Positions 9,059-18,260 of a DNA stretch of 36,789 bases are shown here, one piece after another. The position numbers and the translations under genes are program-made. The notes beneath the pieces are model-generated. The model was not told where the DNA came from and ran no database searches. It worked only from the letters and a program-made list of their open reading frames with translations. This DNA comes from a virus (lineage: Duplodnaviria > Caudoviricetes), in the IMG/VR virus record IMGVR_UViG_3300048881_000131, positions 1 through 36,789 of that record; one strand, given 5' to 3'. Numbering within the stretch: the first letter of the stretch is position 1; every line of letters begins with the position of its first letter.

Positions 9059-10198
9059 CTATGCTGTGATTGCTGTAATGTCACCAGTGCGGATGGCCGC
9101 AGGAGTGAATACCAGCTCAGCGCCGCGAGTTTCAGCACGAACAGTAACCAAGTTCTTGGTCACATTGTCGCCGTCTTGCTCGAACATTTCAACAATAGTG
9201 CTTTCGCGGTTTGCGTACATGTCAGCCTCGGAAGACTTACAGATCATAGTACCCGCTGGCACGTTGTTAGAAAGCACAACTGGCAAGCCCCATAGTAATG
9301 GAGTTAAGCCGTTGTTAACGTAGCTTACAGCGCCAGAAGCGGCAACAAAGGCGTTATCACCAGCAGCTCGACGGGTTGTTTCAGCAGCACCCCAGTCAGC
9401 AGGATTCATGTAGAAGTAGCTAGGCTCATAGTCAGCGCTAATAACTTCCATTTTCATCTTGTTAGCTAGACCGTAAACGTCAACCGTCAGTAGTGGACTA
9501 GTTGCAGTGTTGTTAGCTGCTGCCAACCAACCGTCTGTAGTGTCGTTGATAACATAGTTTTCAACAGCTACGTTAACACCGTGACGTAAGCGGCGTTCAA
9601 TGTATGACGCTAGGAAAGTAGAGTCTGACAACGCTTGCTTGGAAACGCGCAAGTAAGTTGGGATGGTCTTAACCGCAACGTTAACTTCTTCAAAAGTCAA
9701 AGTTGATTCAGGTTTTGCGCCACCTTCTGCTGTTGCAGCCGCTGCATTAGTCCACAATAGCTCCTTAGAGTAGTAGATAATGTTAGATGATGCTGAACCC
9801 TGCATTACCGTTGGCATAACCGTTAGTTGGCGGAAAGCACCAGGTACAACGCCACTCATCTGATCATGAGTAGAAGAAGCGTTACCAGAGTTTACGATGG
9901 TATTCTTAACTTCTGTACGACCCTTATTGGTTTCACCGTCAATGAATGATTTGATACCAGCAGACTCTAGCACCTGAGCACCGAATGATTTAGCCTCGAT
10001 AACTTCTTGCGAGGTTGCGTGTTTTTGGGCTAGCTCTGCAATCTCGTCGTTTAGCGACTTGATAGAAGTATCTAGCTCGGCAATTGCTTGCTTGTATTCA
10101 GCGCCTTTTGCTTCTGAGCTTTCAGTAACAACTTGCATTTTAGCTTCAATTTTTTCGTGCATCTCAGTGAGAGCGGTTTTTAATTCTAAATCAGACAT
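9059..10198 (-). CDS. Major capsid protein, HK97 fold
   Basis: Coiled-coil delta domain; AEGGAKPES, VKTI..Y.RVSKQAL.D, LWGLPVV, TKNLVTVRAETR motifs. Confidence 0.95.
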   Translation of the reverse strand: MSDLELKTALTEMHEKIEAKMQVVTESSEAKGAEYKQAIAELDTSIKSLNDEIAELAQKHATSQEVIEAKSFGAQVLESAGIKSFIDGETNKGRTEVKNTIVNSGNASSTHDQMSGVVPGAFRQLTVMPTVMQGSASSNIIYYSKELLWTNAAAATAEGGAKPESTLTFEEVNVAVKTIPTYLRVSKQALSDSTFLASYIERRLRHGVNVAVENYVINDTTDGWLAAANNTATSPLLTVDVYGLANKMKMEVISADYEPSYFYMNPADWGAAETTRRAAGDNAFVAASGAVSYVNNGLTPLLWGLPVVLSNNVPAGTMICKSSEADMYANRESTIVEMFEQDGDNVTKNLVTVRAETRGAELVFTPAAIRTGDITAITA

Positions 10199-10824
10199 TA
10201 GTATGTCTCCTTGATAAAGTTTTGTAATATTTCTAAGTTGTTTTCTTTTGCTTTTTCTTCTTCACGCTCTCCGTGAATCTTTTTCACTGCAACCACGATC
10301 TCCGTAGCTTCTTTTTGTGAAAAACCTTTTTGACGCAGGATTGATTCTACATCTTTTAAAGTCGTAGCGCTTTTAACTGTTGTTATGTGCGCGTTATTGT
10401 CTGCTGGAGTTTCAACCACTGAAATCTCAAACAGCTCAATGTCTTTTAGCAGTCTTACAACACCTTGCTGCTCTGAATCTTTGACAATATACCCAATAGA
10501 TAGGCCGCTTATAGCTCCGTGTCTAAGTAGTGCCGCTGTATCCTCTGCGACCGAATGACCCTTTGTTAGTTCGCCAGATACGAACAGACCTTTTTCGTCT
10601 TCGTAAATCTCAGTGAATTTACCGATGACTGGGCCGTAGTGATTCCATCGTAGCTGGACGGGTCGATCTCGGTTTTCAAGAGTGCTCTTATACGCACCCG
10701 CTTGAATTGTATCACCATAAGAATCAAGACCATCAAAAACGGAGGCGTAACCGCTAAACTTTAGCGAACCTTCCGCGCCCATTTTTACCTCACACTGAGC
10801 GAGGTTTAATTGTTTATGCTCCAT
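10198..10824 (-). CDS. HK97-type prohead maturation protease
   Basis: FSGYASVF..DSYGD, WNH...IG, GLSIGY, LFEISVVETPA; start probably MEHKQ (track start 10833). Confidence 0.93.
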   Translation of the reverse strand: MEHKQLNLAQCEVKMGAEGSLKFSGYASVFDGLDSYGDTIQAGAYKSTLENRDRPVQLRWNHYGPVIGKFTEIYEDEKGLFVSGELTKGHSVAEDTAALLRHGAISGLSIGYIVKDSEQQGVVRLLKDIELFEISVVETPADNNAHITTVKSATTLKDVESILRQKGFSQKEATEIVVAVKKIHGEREEEKAKENNLEILQNFIKETY

Positions 10825-12022
10825 TATTAGCATCCGCCTGTATTTGTCTTTGTGTTGTTCCGGCAGGAACTAGAGTTCCGTTTAAATAAATAGAATCGCC
10901 GCCCGTTTCTGGTGGCAAGCCTTCCTCGGCTCGACCTTCATTGGGCTTTAATAGACCAGCGTGAACAGCCTTCGCTTGTGCGTCTAGTCTTGTTGGTTTG
11001 TCAGCGCGAAGTAATGAGTCGAAGTTGAATTCAATATCTATAGAATCCCAGTCTGTACGCGGCATTAGGTGGCGCTTAATGCTTGACTCGATACGCTCAA
11101 GATACGGCTTAAGGTTCAACTTATAGAACCCCATATTGATCTGTTCAATACCACTACCCCAAGTTGTGCCGCTTGCAGTGTCGTTAATCAATACAGAAGG
11201 TACGCCATAGAAGCGTGCAATATCTTCAATACTAAATCGTCTTGAGTCTAGCAATTCCATATCGGTCGGGCTTAAGCTTGTTTGTTGATAGTTAAAACCA
11301 GCCTCCAATACAAATAGCTCGGCCTGATTTCCAGACTGCAAGCCCGCAAAACTTTTCTTGATCTGCTCTCGCTGCTCAGGCTTTAAAGCTTGGTCAACAG
11401 TCAAAACGCCGTTGGTTTTTCCGCCGTTAGCTGATAACTCTCCCGCTCTATTTGCCTGATCAATAGCTATGCCAATAGTATTAGATGCGTAGCCAAGAGG
11501 ACTAAGCCCAACCAAACCGTTACCAAACAGCTTTATGTGCCAAATGGATGATTCAGCGTAAACCTTTATTGACCCGTCAGCCGTTGTGTATCTGTAAACT
11601 CTGTCGCCATTCTGTAGTAGGTCAACCTCCATCTGAGAAGCTGGGAGCGGCGTTAGTGATGTAATTCTTCTTGATGTGCGCTCTATTGCAACGTAGGAAT
11701 TACCCCACGTAACAAGATTCAGCATTATTTGCTCAATGAATTCGGTACGGGTCTGGTATCTATTTGGCGAATAATTGAGAAGCCGCCACAGGTCATAATC
11801 GGTTTTAGGCTGCTTTACGTTAGTTCCAAGGTCTATATCAAAACACTGAATAGGCATTGCCGCCACAGTCTCCGATAAAAGCCTAGTAGATGCCCAGCAA
11901 GCCGAGACAGCCATTGCCTGATCAAAGGTTACGTTCTTTGTCCGTGTCGCTGGTAGTGGGTTTTGCGTTCCTGTTTGAACACTATCGCCACCCTTGCCGA
12001 AGCCGAACTTATACCAAGCCAT
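10814..12022 (-). CDS. Portal protein, HK97 family
   Basis: LLNYSPNRYQT..EF, WGNSY, GLVGLSP, IARFYGVP, PNEGRAEEGLPP..GGD. Confidence 0.96.
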   Translation of the reverse strand: MAWYKFGFGKGGDSVQTGTQNPLPATRTKNVTFDQAMAVSACWASTRLLSETVAAMPIQCFDIDLGTNVKQPKTDYDLWRLLNYSPNRYQTRTEFIEQIMLNLVTWGNSYVAIERTSRRITSLTPLPASQMEVDLLQNGDRVYRYTTADGSIKVYAESSIWHIKLFGNGLVGLSPLGYASNTIGIAIDQANRAGELSANGGKTNGVLTVDQALKPEQREQIKKSFAGLQSGNQAELFVLEAGFNYQQTSLSPTDMELLDSRRFSIEDIARFYGVPSVLINDTASGTTWGSGIEQINMGFYKLNLKPYLERIESSIKRHLMPRTDWDSIDIEFNFDSLLRADKPTRLDAQAKAVHAGLLKPNEGRAEEGLPPETGGDSIYLNGTLVPAGTTQRQIQADANNGA

Positions 12023-12030
12023 TCAAATAC

Positions 12031-13725
12031 TTACCTTTTGTAATCGTCATCATTGCTAGGGCTCAATGTGAATGACAGTAAATCACTAAAATCAATAGCC
12101 GTCTCCTGCTCGTGCTGACATCTACCTAAAGCCATTAACAAAGCAATAACCCCGTCAATTTTATTCTCAGACCTTTCTTTGCGTGGATATACGTTTTCTT
12201 TCGCGTCTTCTTTTGCAACTACGTTAGAAATCATCCACTCCTGAACAGGGTCGGAGTTATGTTTTATTTTTTTAGCTCTAATTAAAGCATCAAGCGACTT
12301 CATAGGCTCCGAGAAGTTTAGCACAGTAGGCCGCATTTCTACAACTGGCACACCTTCCGCCATCAACTCGGTTATTAACATGGTTGCCTGAAATGGATCA
12401 TAGGCCAGCTCTCTAACCTCAAATTGTGAGCATAACTCCAGTATATCTTCTTTAATAATATTAAAATCAATGATCTCGCCATCTGTAACAGTTAGCCATC
12501 CTTCGCGCATCCATGCCGTGTACATTTCATTGCCAGATTCAACCGCCGCCTCGGGTAAGTAATATTTACCAAATCGAACATAGTAATCATCTATTGGTAT
12601 TAGAATTTCAATAGCCGCAATATCCACACGGCTAGCTAAGTCCATACCGATATAAATTGGCTTACCAAAATAATCAGACAGCTTTATTTTATCCGCGCAT
12701 TGCTTCCACTTGTCCACGTTGTAAAACGCATCGCGAGAACCAACCCACACGTTTAGGTGCTTGGTTAAGAATGTACTTTGCTTTCTTGCGTTGTTCTTTG
12801 CGTCTTGAAGTCGAGATAATAAGAAGTCATCAGAAACCGATACGCCATAATTAGGGTTTGCTTTCTTTAAGGTTTCAATATCTGACCAGTCATCGCCTTG
12901 ATCAATGCCGTATATGAGCGGAAACAACTCATCATTAACCATAACCCCTTCTAGGCATTTTTGCGCCTCAAGCTGGAGTTGATAGCAAGGGCCACTAATG
13001 TTGTCGCCCGCAGTTGTAATGTAAAGCATCATAGGTTGCTCGCGCGCACCCATGCCTGTAATCATTGTGTCTATCAGTCGAGAGTCTTTTAATTCATGCA
13101 CTTCATCAGCCACGGCACATGAAGGGCTTGATCCGTCCGGCGGGTTGCCTATGATAGGCTCCATCTTAGAACCGTTTTGCAGAATACAAATATTCGAGGC
13201 GTTAACGTCAATCCCAAAGTGAGATGTGAGAGCTGGATTCATTCGGCACATGGCTTGGGCTGGTGTGAATACTTCCTTGGCTTGTTTCTCAGAAGTGGCG
13301 CCTGTATAAACCTCTGCACCATATTCACCATCAGCCGCCAGCATGTAAAGACCTATTGCAGCCGCTAAAGCAGACTTGCCATTCTTACGAGGCACCAATA
13401 GCAGGACTTCTCGGTATCTTCTAATGCCTTTATCAGATCTAAGCCATCCAAAAACATTACAAACAAAGAAGATTTGCCAAGGCTCTAGTAGTAAATTACG
13501 CTTCTTTTGCGCCCACTTACCCTTCGTATGGTACTGAGCCTCGATGAATTTGCAGGCTTTGTGCGCCTTCTCTTCACTATACAGGTATGGATAGTCGCCG
13601 TTTTTCTGTGCTTTCTTGTCGTCAAGGTGTCGTTTGGCTGCGAGTTTTATCCATTTATTAGCTAGAACCTGACCTGAGATAACATCATAGGCGTAATTGT
13701 CTGCTGTTAGTGAGTAGTCCTGCAT
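12031..13725 (-). CDS. terL: Terminase large subunit
   Basis: LEPWQ, VPRKNGKS (Walker A), VADEVH (Walker B), ITTAG, GMDLAS, YDPFQA, KIDGVIA. Confidence 0.97.
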   Translation of the reverse strand: MQDYSLTADNYAYDVISGQVLANKWIKLAAKRHLDDKKAQKNGDYPYLYSEEKAHKACKFIEAQYHTKGKWAQKKRNLLLEPWQIFFVCNVFGWLRSDKGIRRYREVLLLVPRKNGKSALAAAIGLYMLAADGEYGAEVYTGATSEKQAKEVFTPAQAMCRMNPALTSHFGIDVNASNICILQNGSKMEPIIGNPPDGSSPSCAVADEVHELKDSRLIDTMITGMGAREQPMMLYITTAGDNISGPCYQLQLEAQKCLEGVMVNDELFPLIYGIDQGDDWSDIETLKKANPNYGVSVSDDFLLSRLQDAKNNARKQSTFLTKHLNVWVGSRDAFYNVDKWKQCADKIKLSDYFGKPIYIGMDLASRVDIAAIEILIPIDDYYVRFGKYYLPEAAVESGNEMYTAWMREGWLTVTDGEIIDFNIIKEDILELCSQFEVRELAYDPFQATMLITELMAEGVPVVEMRPTVLNFSEPMKSLDALIRAKKIKHNSDPVQEWMISNVVAKEDAKENVYPRKERSENKIDGVIALLMALGRCQHEQETAIDFSDLLSFTLSPSNDDDYKR

Positions 13726-13889
13726 TATTCAATCTCAGCCATAGCTTTGAGTATTTCCTTTGTTAAAATAAATTCAACAACAATTCGACCGCAATCACCT
13801 TTATCAAGTCTTATATTAAGATCAGCTATAGCGCTATCAGAAAGAAGTGGTTTTATTTTTTCAACTAATTTTTTTGATGCTATCGGCAT
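13725..13889 (-). CDS. Hypothetical protein (54 aa) between TerS and TerL (not in ORF track)
   Basis: MPIASKKLVEKIKPLL...KAMAEIE*; fills the gap, TAATG overlap with terL. Confidence 0.55.
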   Translation of the reverse strand: MPIASKKLVEKIKPLLSDSAIADLNIRLDKGDCGRIVVEFILTKEILKAMAEIE

Positions 13890-13891
13890 AA

Positions 13892-14293
13892 TTACATTTC
13901 CGCAAATGGATTAGATTTTTCTTTCTTAGGAACTACGATCTTTGTTCTATCGCTTGGTGTCATTCCGTACCGACCCATTAAAGAATCAAGGCGCGACAAC
14001 TCAACACCGTTGAGGGCTGGGCATACAGAATTCTCTTCGTAGTCACCGTGGCGGAATCGGTAAAATAAAACCGACATCATTTCCATGGTTGGGCGGTCAC
14101 TCTCAGCAAGAACGCCAGCAAACATAACACTGACAAGGTAATCCCATATTTCAGATTGCATTTCTGTGAAGTGCTCAGGAGCTGGGCCAATGCCGCGTGT
14201 AACTTCTGGCTGATCCTGATTGTCTCTGTGTTTATTTCTATTTGCCGTCCCGTGAACTTCACGCAGAGCTTGTGGTTTTTTATGCGAACCCAT
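13892..14293 (-). CDS. terS: Terminase small subunit (P27-like)
   Basis: KKP.AL...GT N-terminus, APEHF, YGMTPSDRTKI, NPFAEM C-terminus. Confidence 0.9.
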   Translation of the reverse strand: MGSHKKPQALREVHGTANRNKHRDNQDQPEVTRGIGPAPEHFTEMQSEIWDYLVSVMFAGVLAESDRPTMEMMSVLFYRFRHGDYEENSVCPALNGVELSRLDSLMGRYGMTPSDRTKIVVPKKEKSNPFAEM

Positions 14294-14329
14294 TATTCAC
14301 CCCTTTTGTTATATTATAACATTCAAATG

Positions 14330-14410
14330 TAAATTCTGTGCATGTAAAAAAGTGACTTCCCATGCGGTGTTTTTTGCTTTCACCGTTTACTTTCATCATA
14401 CCCCCTCCTG
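14330..14410 (-). other. Probable cos (packaging initiation) region
   Basis: Non-coding and just upstream of terS; minus-strand GGGGG...AAAGT...ACCGCATGGGAAGTC..TTTTTAC..C.GAATT resembles the layout around cos in HK97/P27-type phages. Confidence 0.5.
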
Positions 14411-14473
14411 TAGCGCCATATAAAGCTCACCACAAGGCGTATTGCTAGGCTTTGTAGCTTACTAAGGTTTCCC

Positions 14474-14698
14474 CTATTCACTCTCATGCTCACACCTATA
14501 AACTGGAACCATTGTATTGATGCTTCCTGCTCTTACTGGAATGTAATGAGATAAAACCAGCCTTCCTCCAAGTCTCTCGCAATCGTTAGAACTATCATAG
14601 CTTTCGTATGCTATGTATAAGATAGCTACAATACAGGCAACAATAAACAGCTCTATCTTAAATAAAGACAACTCTCTTAAAGCCTCTGACAGTCTCAT
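14474..14698 (-). CDS. Hypothetical membrane protein
   Basis: One TM segment, then CERLGG...YRC. Confidence 0.6.
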   Translation of the reverse strand: MRLSEALRELSLFKIELFIVACIVAILYIAYESYDSSNDCERLGGRLVLSHYIPVRAGSINTMVPVYRCEHESE

Positions 14699-14862
14699 TT
14701 CTTACCACCTAGAGCAACTATTACACTAATAACTGCATATGAAGCACATATAACAATAATCTTCTTTACCTCTGCAAGCTCTGTAAGATTACCTGACGCT
14801 TCTAGCTGATATATTGCAGAAAGCATTATCAGTATATGTATTAGCATTACAAAATGTTTCAT
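14695..14862 (-). CDS. Hypothetical two-TM membrane protein (start probably MKHFV)
   Basis: GAGG RBS before ATG 14862; the longer track ORF extends over a structured RNA. Confidence 0.6.
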   Translation of the reverse strand: MKHFVMLIHILIMLSAIYQLEASGNLTELAEVKKIIVICASYAVISVIVALGGKK

Positions 14863-14881
14863 TCTATTACCTCTCAAGTAA

Positions 14882-14952
14882 TTCTCATTTATTGATTTGA
14901 TATGGCAGGACGCATGAGAAGGGCGTCTTTTCGGGTTGCATTCCCTAGCCAT
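14882..14952 (-). ncRNA. Three-way-junction structured leader RNA with predicted pseudoknot
   Basis: ATGGC/GCCAT, GGG/CCC and GACGC/GCGTC stems; loop TTCTCAT is complementary to downstream ATGAGAA; promoter TTGCAA-16-TAAAGT directly upstream. Confidence 0.55.
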
Positions 14953-14990
14953 CTTTTAAACTTTACGGATATTTAATTATTTTGCAAGTA

Positions 14991-15356
14991 TCATTCATAG
15001 GCTTTACCCTCTTCCTCGTTCATAATGCGTATGAACTTGCCGTGATACCTATCCAACTTCACGGCCCTTCTATACATATTATCATAGACTATATTATTTT
15101 TTAGTAGTGCTGCGTGATAGCTCATATCCTCAAGCTTAATAAGCCATACATCACCACCTATTTGTCGTCTAAGAGTAAAAGCGAAATCTTCACAGTCACC
15201 AGCGAAAGGATTAGATATAGAATTATATATTCTAAACTCATTGTATTTATCCTCTTCATATCTAAAGTTCCATAGGGCAAGCCTATGCGCCTCTGCATCA
15301 AGGTTGCTGACACAAGACGCACACAAAGCAAGGCTAAATATCAGTATCAGGCGCAT
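14991..15356 (-). CDS. Exported transglutaminase-like cysteine protease (BTLCP/LapG-like), possibly a lipoprotein
   Basis: Signal peptide MRLILIFSLALCASC; GDCEDFA, YHAAL and VYDN give a Cys-His-Asp triad pattern. Confidence 0.7.
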   Translation of the reverse strand: MRLILIFSLALCASCVSNLDAEAHRLALWNFRYEEDKYNEFRIYNSISNPFAGDCEDFAFTLRRQIGGDVWLIKLEDMSYHAALLKNNIVYDNMYRRAVKLDRYHGKFIRIMNEEEGKAYE

Positions 15357-15534
15357 TGAGTTTTAAGCACTCTTTGGCTTCTGTTAGTGATAGTGACATA
15401 AGGTTATGCTCACAAGTCGTTACATAGCGTATTAGCCAGCCAGTAACACCTTTATAGGTAACTAATAAGCCTTGATGATTTGGTCTAAGTTCACAATCCT
15501 CTGTCACTATCGAGTGTGTTTTTATATTACTCAT
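15334..15534 (-). CDS. Hypothetical protein (start probably MSNIK)
   Basis: ATGA overlap with the upstream stop. Confidence 0.5.
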   Translation of the reverse strand: MSNIKTHSIVTEDCELRPNHQGLLVTYKGVTGWLIRYVTTCEHNLMSLSLTEAKECLKLNAPDTDI

Positions 15535-16583
15535 GCTTTTGGAAGCTCCTGATCTACTGAATCCCACGGAGGCACTGCTAAATCTTTCCCTTTCCAAAAT
15601 ACTGCCTGCTCAGTAAACAAACCCCAGTCTTCAGCGTTGCCGTTTATTACTGTGCCGTATCCGTCTGCTTGGCGGATTGAGATGTTGTCAACAGAACCGG
15701 AAAATGCGGAGTTCCCGATAATCGCTAAATCATCACTGTTAGCCGTCAAGCCTACAAACCTACTCTTTCCGGTAGACGTTATTCCTGAACTGTTAAACTT
15801 AACACCACCAAAAAAGACAGACTTAATATCCCCTGAAGATATACTGCCTAAATCTATCTCAATAAGGTAGGCACCAGTCGGCGCATTAATTACTTGTGAC
15901 AACACTGTATCCCCAGCCTGCGATCCATCACAATGCGCAGAGCCATTGGATATTGACCACCCATCGCCTAGAGCCCAGTTAGAAGCATTACTAAAATCAC
16001 CGTTAACTACTTCCTCCTCACCCAATACGGTAGCACTGTTAGCCAAAATATCTGAGTTATCGTTAAGCTTATAGTCGCGTATTGGTGTGCCGTTATCCCA
16101 GATTTTTAGGTTAGCTAGGATGCCGGGTAAAATGAATACTCCTGATTGCCTAGTGTATAGCATATTGAATATATACGATGAACTTGATGCGCCACCTCCG
16201 CGACTTACTCCATCAATAAATATCTCAACAACACTAGAAGCTTTAATTATTTTTACGTGGTGAAATTCCTGCGGCTGAAGATAGTCTCCATTAGAAAACA
16301 CAGTTGATCCACTATTATCTCGTACTGAAATATCATTGTTAGTTATAAATATACAGTTTTGAGTGCCACCATTATTGCCTAGTATCATATATGCGTTGTC
16401 ATCATTGTCTGATAGGACATCAAACTCAATCGCAAAATCCCCAGCAAGCGTAACTTCTGGGATAGTTGCGTAGTCTGTTGTACCTTCGTTGCGACGGAAG
16501 TATCGCGTATTTATATTTGATATAGCTCTAACTAGCCCAGCTTTAACTAGACCAGCCTTAACTAATCCAGATTCTATAATCAT
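15531..16583 (-). CDS. LamG/concanavalin-like plus carbohydrate-binding-module protein, probably virion-associated
   Basis: GDFAIEF, FHHVKI...VEIFIDG, GILANLKIW (LamG); VVNGDFS..NW..GDGWSI, FSGSVDNISI (CBM-like). Confidence 0.7.
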   Translation of the reverse strand: MIIESGLVKAGLVKAGLVRAISNINTRYFRRNEGTTDYATIPEVTLAGDFAIEFDVLSDNDDNAYMILGNNGGTQNCIFITNNDISVRDNSGSTVFSNGDYLQPQEFHHVKIIKASSVVEIFIDGVSRGGGASSSSYIFNMLYTRQSGVFILPGILANLKIWDNGTPIRDYKLNDNSDILANSATVLGEEEVVNGDFSNASNWALGDGWSISNGSAHCDGSQAGDTVLSQVINAPTGAYLIEIDLGSISSGDIKSVFFGGVKFNSSGITSTGKSRFVGLTANSDDLAIIGNSAFSGSVDNISIRQADGYGTVINGNAEDWGLFTEQAVFWKGKDLAVPPWDSVDQELPKA

Positions 16584-16861
16584 GCGGCCACCGCGTTAAT
16601 GTCGATTGAGGTCGCACCATCAGAACCTGTTACAGTTAGAAAAATGTCCTGATTTGCTCCGTGGGTTACTTCGTACTGTTCGCCAACGGTAATATTGGCA
16701 TTACTCAGTGGGAGATAGGTTCCAGCTTGATTTTTATAAGTAACCACAACAGTAGCAGCGCCAATTGTGCCCGAGACGTAAATTACTGTTTTATTTGGCT
16801 TGAAGCTTGTATTTAGCTCGTAGTTACCATCTGTTGTGATTGTGAATTGTGGTGTGCTCAT
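16580..16861 (-). CDS. Small beta-rich hypothetical protein, possibly virion-associated
   Basis: 93 aa, Thr/Val/Gly-rich; coupled to the LamG gene. Confidence 0.6.
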   Translation of the reverse strand: MSTPQFTITTDGNYELNTSFKPNKTVIYVSGTIGAATVVVTYKNQAGTYLPLSNANITVGEQYEVTHGANQDIFLTVTGSDGATSIDINAVAA

Positions 16862-17208
16862 TTTTTATCCTTCCGCTCGGATGCGGTTTTAATTTTATGG
16901 CAAGAATTGCAAAGACTTTGTAGGTTTTCCAGTGCGTTAGTTCCGCCTTTAGCCTTTGGCATTATGTGATCTACATCAGTAGCTACGGTGATTATACCTT
17001 TCTTAAAGCAGTGCTGGCAAAGGTGGGCATCACGGATTAGAGCTTTAGCCCTTATCTTTTTCCAGTTATACCCATACCCTCTATCACTAGCAGATTTTGC
17101 TTTGCTTGTGTGCCATGGCTCAGGCTGATGATCTTCACACCTTCCGCCCTTCGATGCCATCTTGTAGCATCTAGGGGCTGTACACGGTCTAGCTGGCATT
17201 GATGGCAT
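16858..17208 (-). CDS. Packaging-associated HNH endonuclease (HK97 gp74-like)
   Basis: RGYGYNWKKIR..L.RD..LCQHC, VDHIMPKAKGG...NLQSLCNSCH. Confidence 0.92.
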   Translation of the reverse strand: MPSMPARPCTAPRCYKMASKGGRCEDHQPEPWHTSKAKSASDRGYGYNWKKIRAKALIRDAHLCQHCFKKGIITVATDVDHIMPKAKGGTNALENLQSLCNSCHKIKTASERKDKK

Positions 17209-18258
17209 CTAAATATCCAGGTAATTATTATCTACTATTAAGGCGGGTATTCTAATACTAACCCTACCACTACCGCTTTCTGACTCAGCCGTAAACCAAG
17301 CGTCCGTGTATTGAGGTATTCGCGTGAATTTAAAATCAATCTCAACAGTCGATTGATATACGCTAACCACATTTGTATTAGTTGCAGGGATTAATGCCGC
17401 AACATTTCGGACATTCCATAAAAAGTCAGCATCCCTTCCTTTTCTGGTACTAAAATATCCAGACAAACCAAATGCGGTATGGTTTCTGGGTACGCTAAAC
17501 GATGCCATTGATCGAGTCTGAGTTTTTTGCTCAAACATCATGACTGTGGTTCGCTGAGTAGGAACTCCATTACCACCATGAGTCAGTGCATTAGAAATGT
17601 AGATGTCGCCTTGAGTTTGTGAAGAATCAAGAGTTCTTGCCTCGTTAACTCGCAATCCAGTGCCAATCTCTACAGGGGTTTGACCGTTTAGTTTATACAG
17701 TCCTGTTTGTTGATCCCAGTTCGAGTCCAGCCAAGTTACAAGTATATTTTGATCATCATTATCATTAGAGCTTGTTAGCCATAGCGATCCCGGAGTATCG
17801 TCAAATGTTAAAACACCTGCTAATGGCCATATAAAATCTTCCGATGTATTTATATTGGGACAATAACTATGAATGTATTGAATGCGATGACCTGGTACTA
17901 TTCCCTTGGAAACAGCTAGTAAGAAGTCCTGATTAAACGACTTTACAGCACCGATTGCAGCTAGATTTGTTTGTATGTTTACCGTTGCCGTTCTTACTCT
18001 GCTTGGGTCTTTATCTATCCGCACCAGCTTAGCCCAAACAGCATTACCGCCAGAAGAAATAGATTTATTCTCTTTCTGATAAAGGTTAACACCTTTGAAG
18101 TCATCAAGGGGCTTCACAGCACTAACCGCCAAGACAATAATATCTTGTGGTAGCCCTGTATTCTGTATCTGAATGGGTGTTCCAGCAGGTATGCTTGAAA
18201 CAGTGTTTAAATCAACCCACTCAAAACCGATACTGTATGAATTTTGCGTATCTGCCAC
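17209..18258 (-). CDS. Hypothetical beta-rich protein, probably virion-associated (GTG start)
   Basis: 349 aa; VSKGIVPGH, EDFIWP, LNGQTPV, FSVPRNHTA resemble a widespread phage structural-type family. Confidence 0.6.
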   Translation of the reverse strand: MADTQNSYSIGFEWVDLNTVSSIPAGTPIQIQNTGLPQDIIVLAVSAVKPLDDFKGVNLYQKENKSISSGGNAVWAKLVRIDKDPSRVRTATVNIQTNLAAIGAVKSFNQDFLLAVSKGIVPGHRIQYIHSYCPNINTSEDFIWPLAGVLTFDDTPGSLWLTSSNDNDDQNILVTWLDSNWDQQTGLYKLNGQTPVEIGTGLRVNEARTLDSSQTQGDIYISNALTHGGNGVPTQRTTVMMFEQKTQTRSMASFSVPRNHTAFGLSGYFSTRKGRDADFLWNVRNVAALIPATNTNVVSVYQSTVEIDFKFTRIPQYTDAWFTAESESGSGRVSIRIPALIVDNNYLDI

Positions 18259-18260
18259 AA

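Noticed and set aside
14863-14952. N-terminal extension MARECNPKRR... of the 85-aa ORF
   Set aside because: No RBS at that ATG and it overlaps the structured RNA; a good RBS precedes ATG 14862 (a leaderless start is not strictly excluded)
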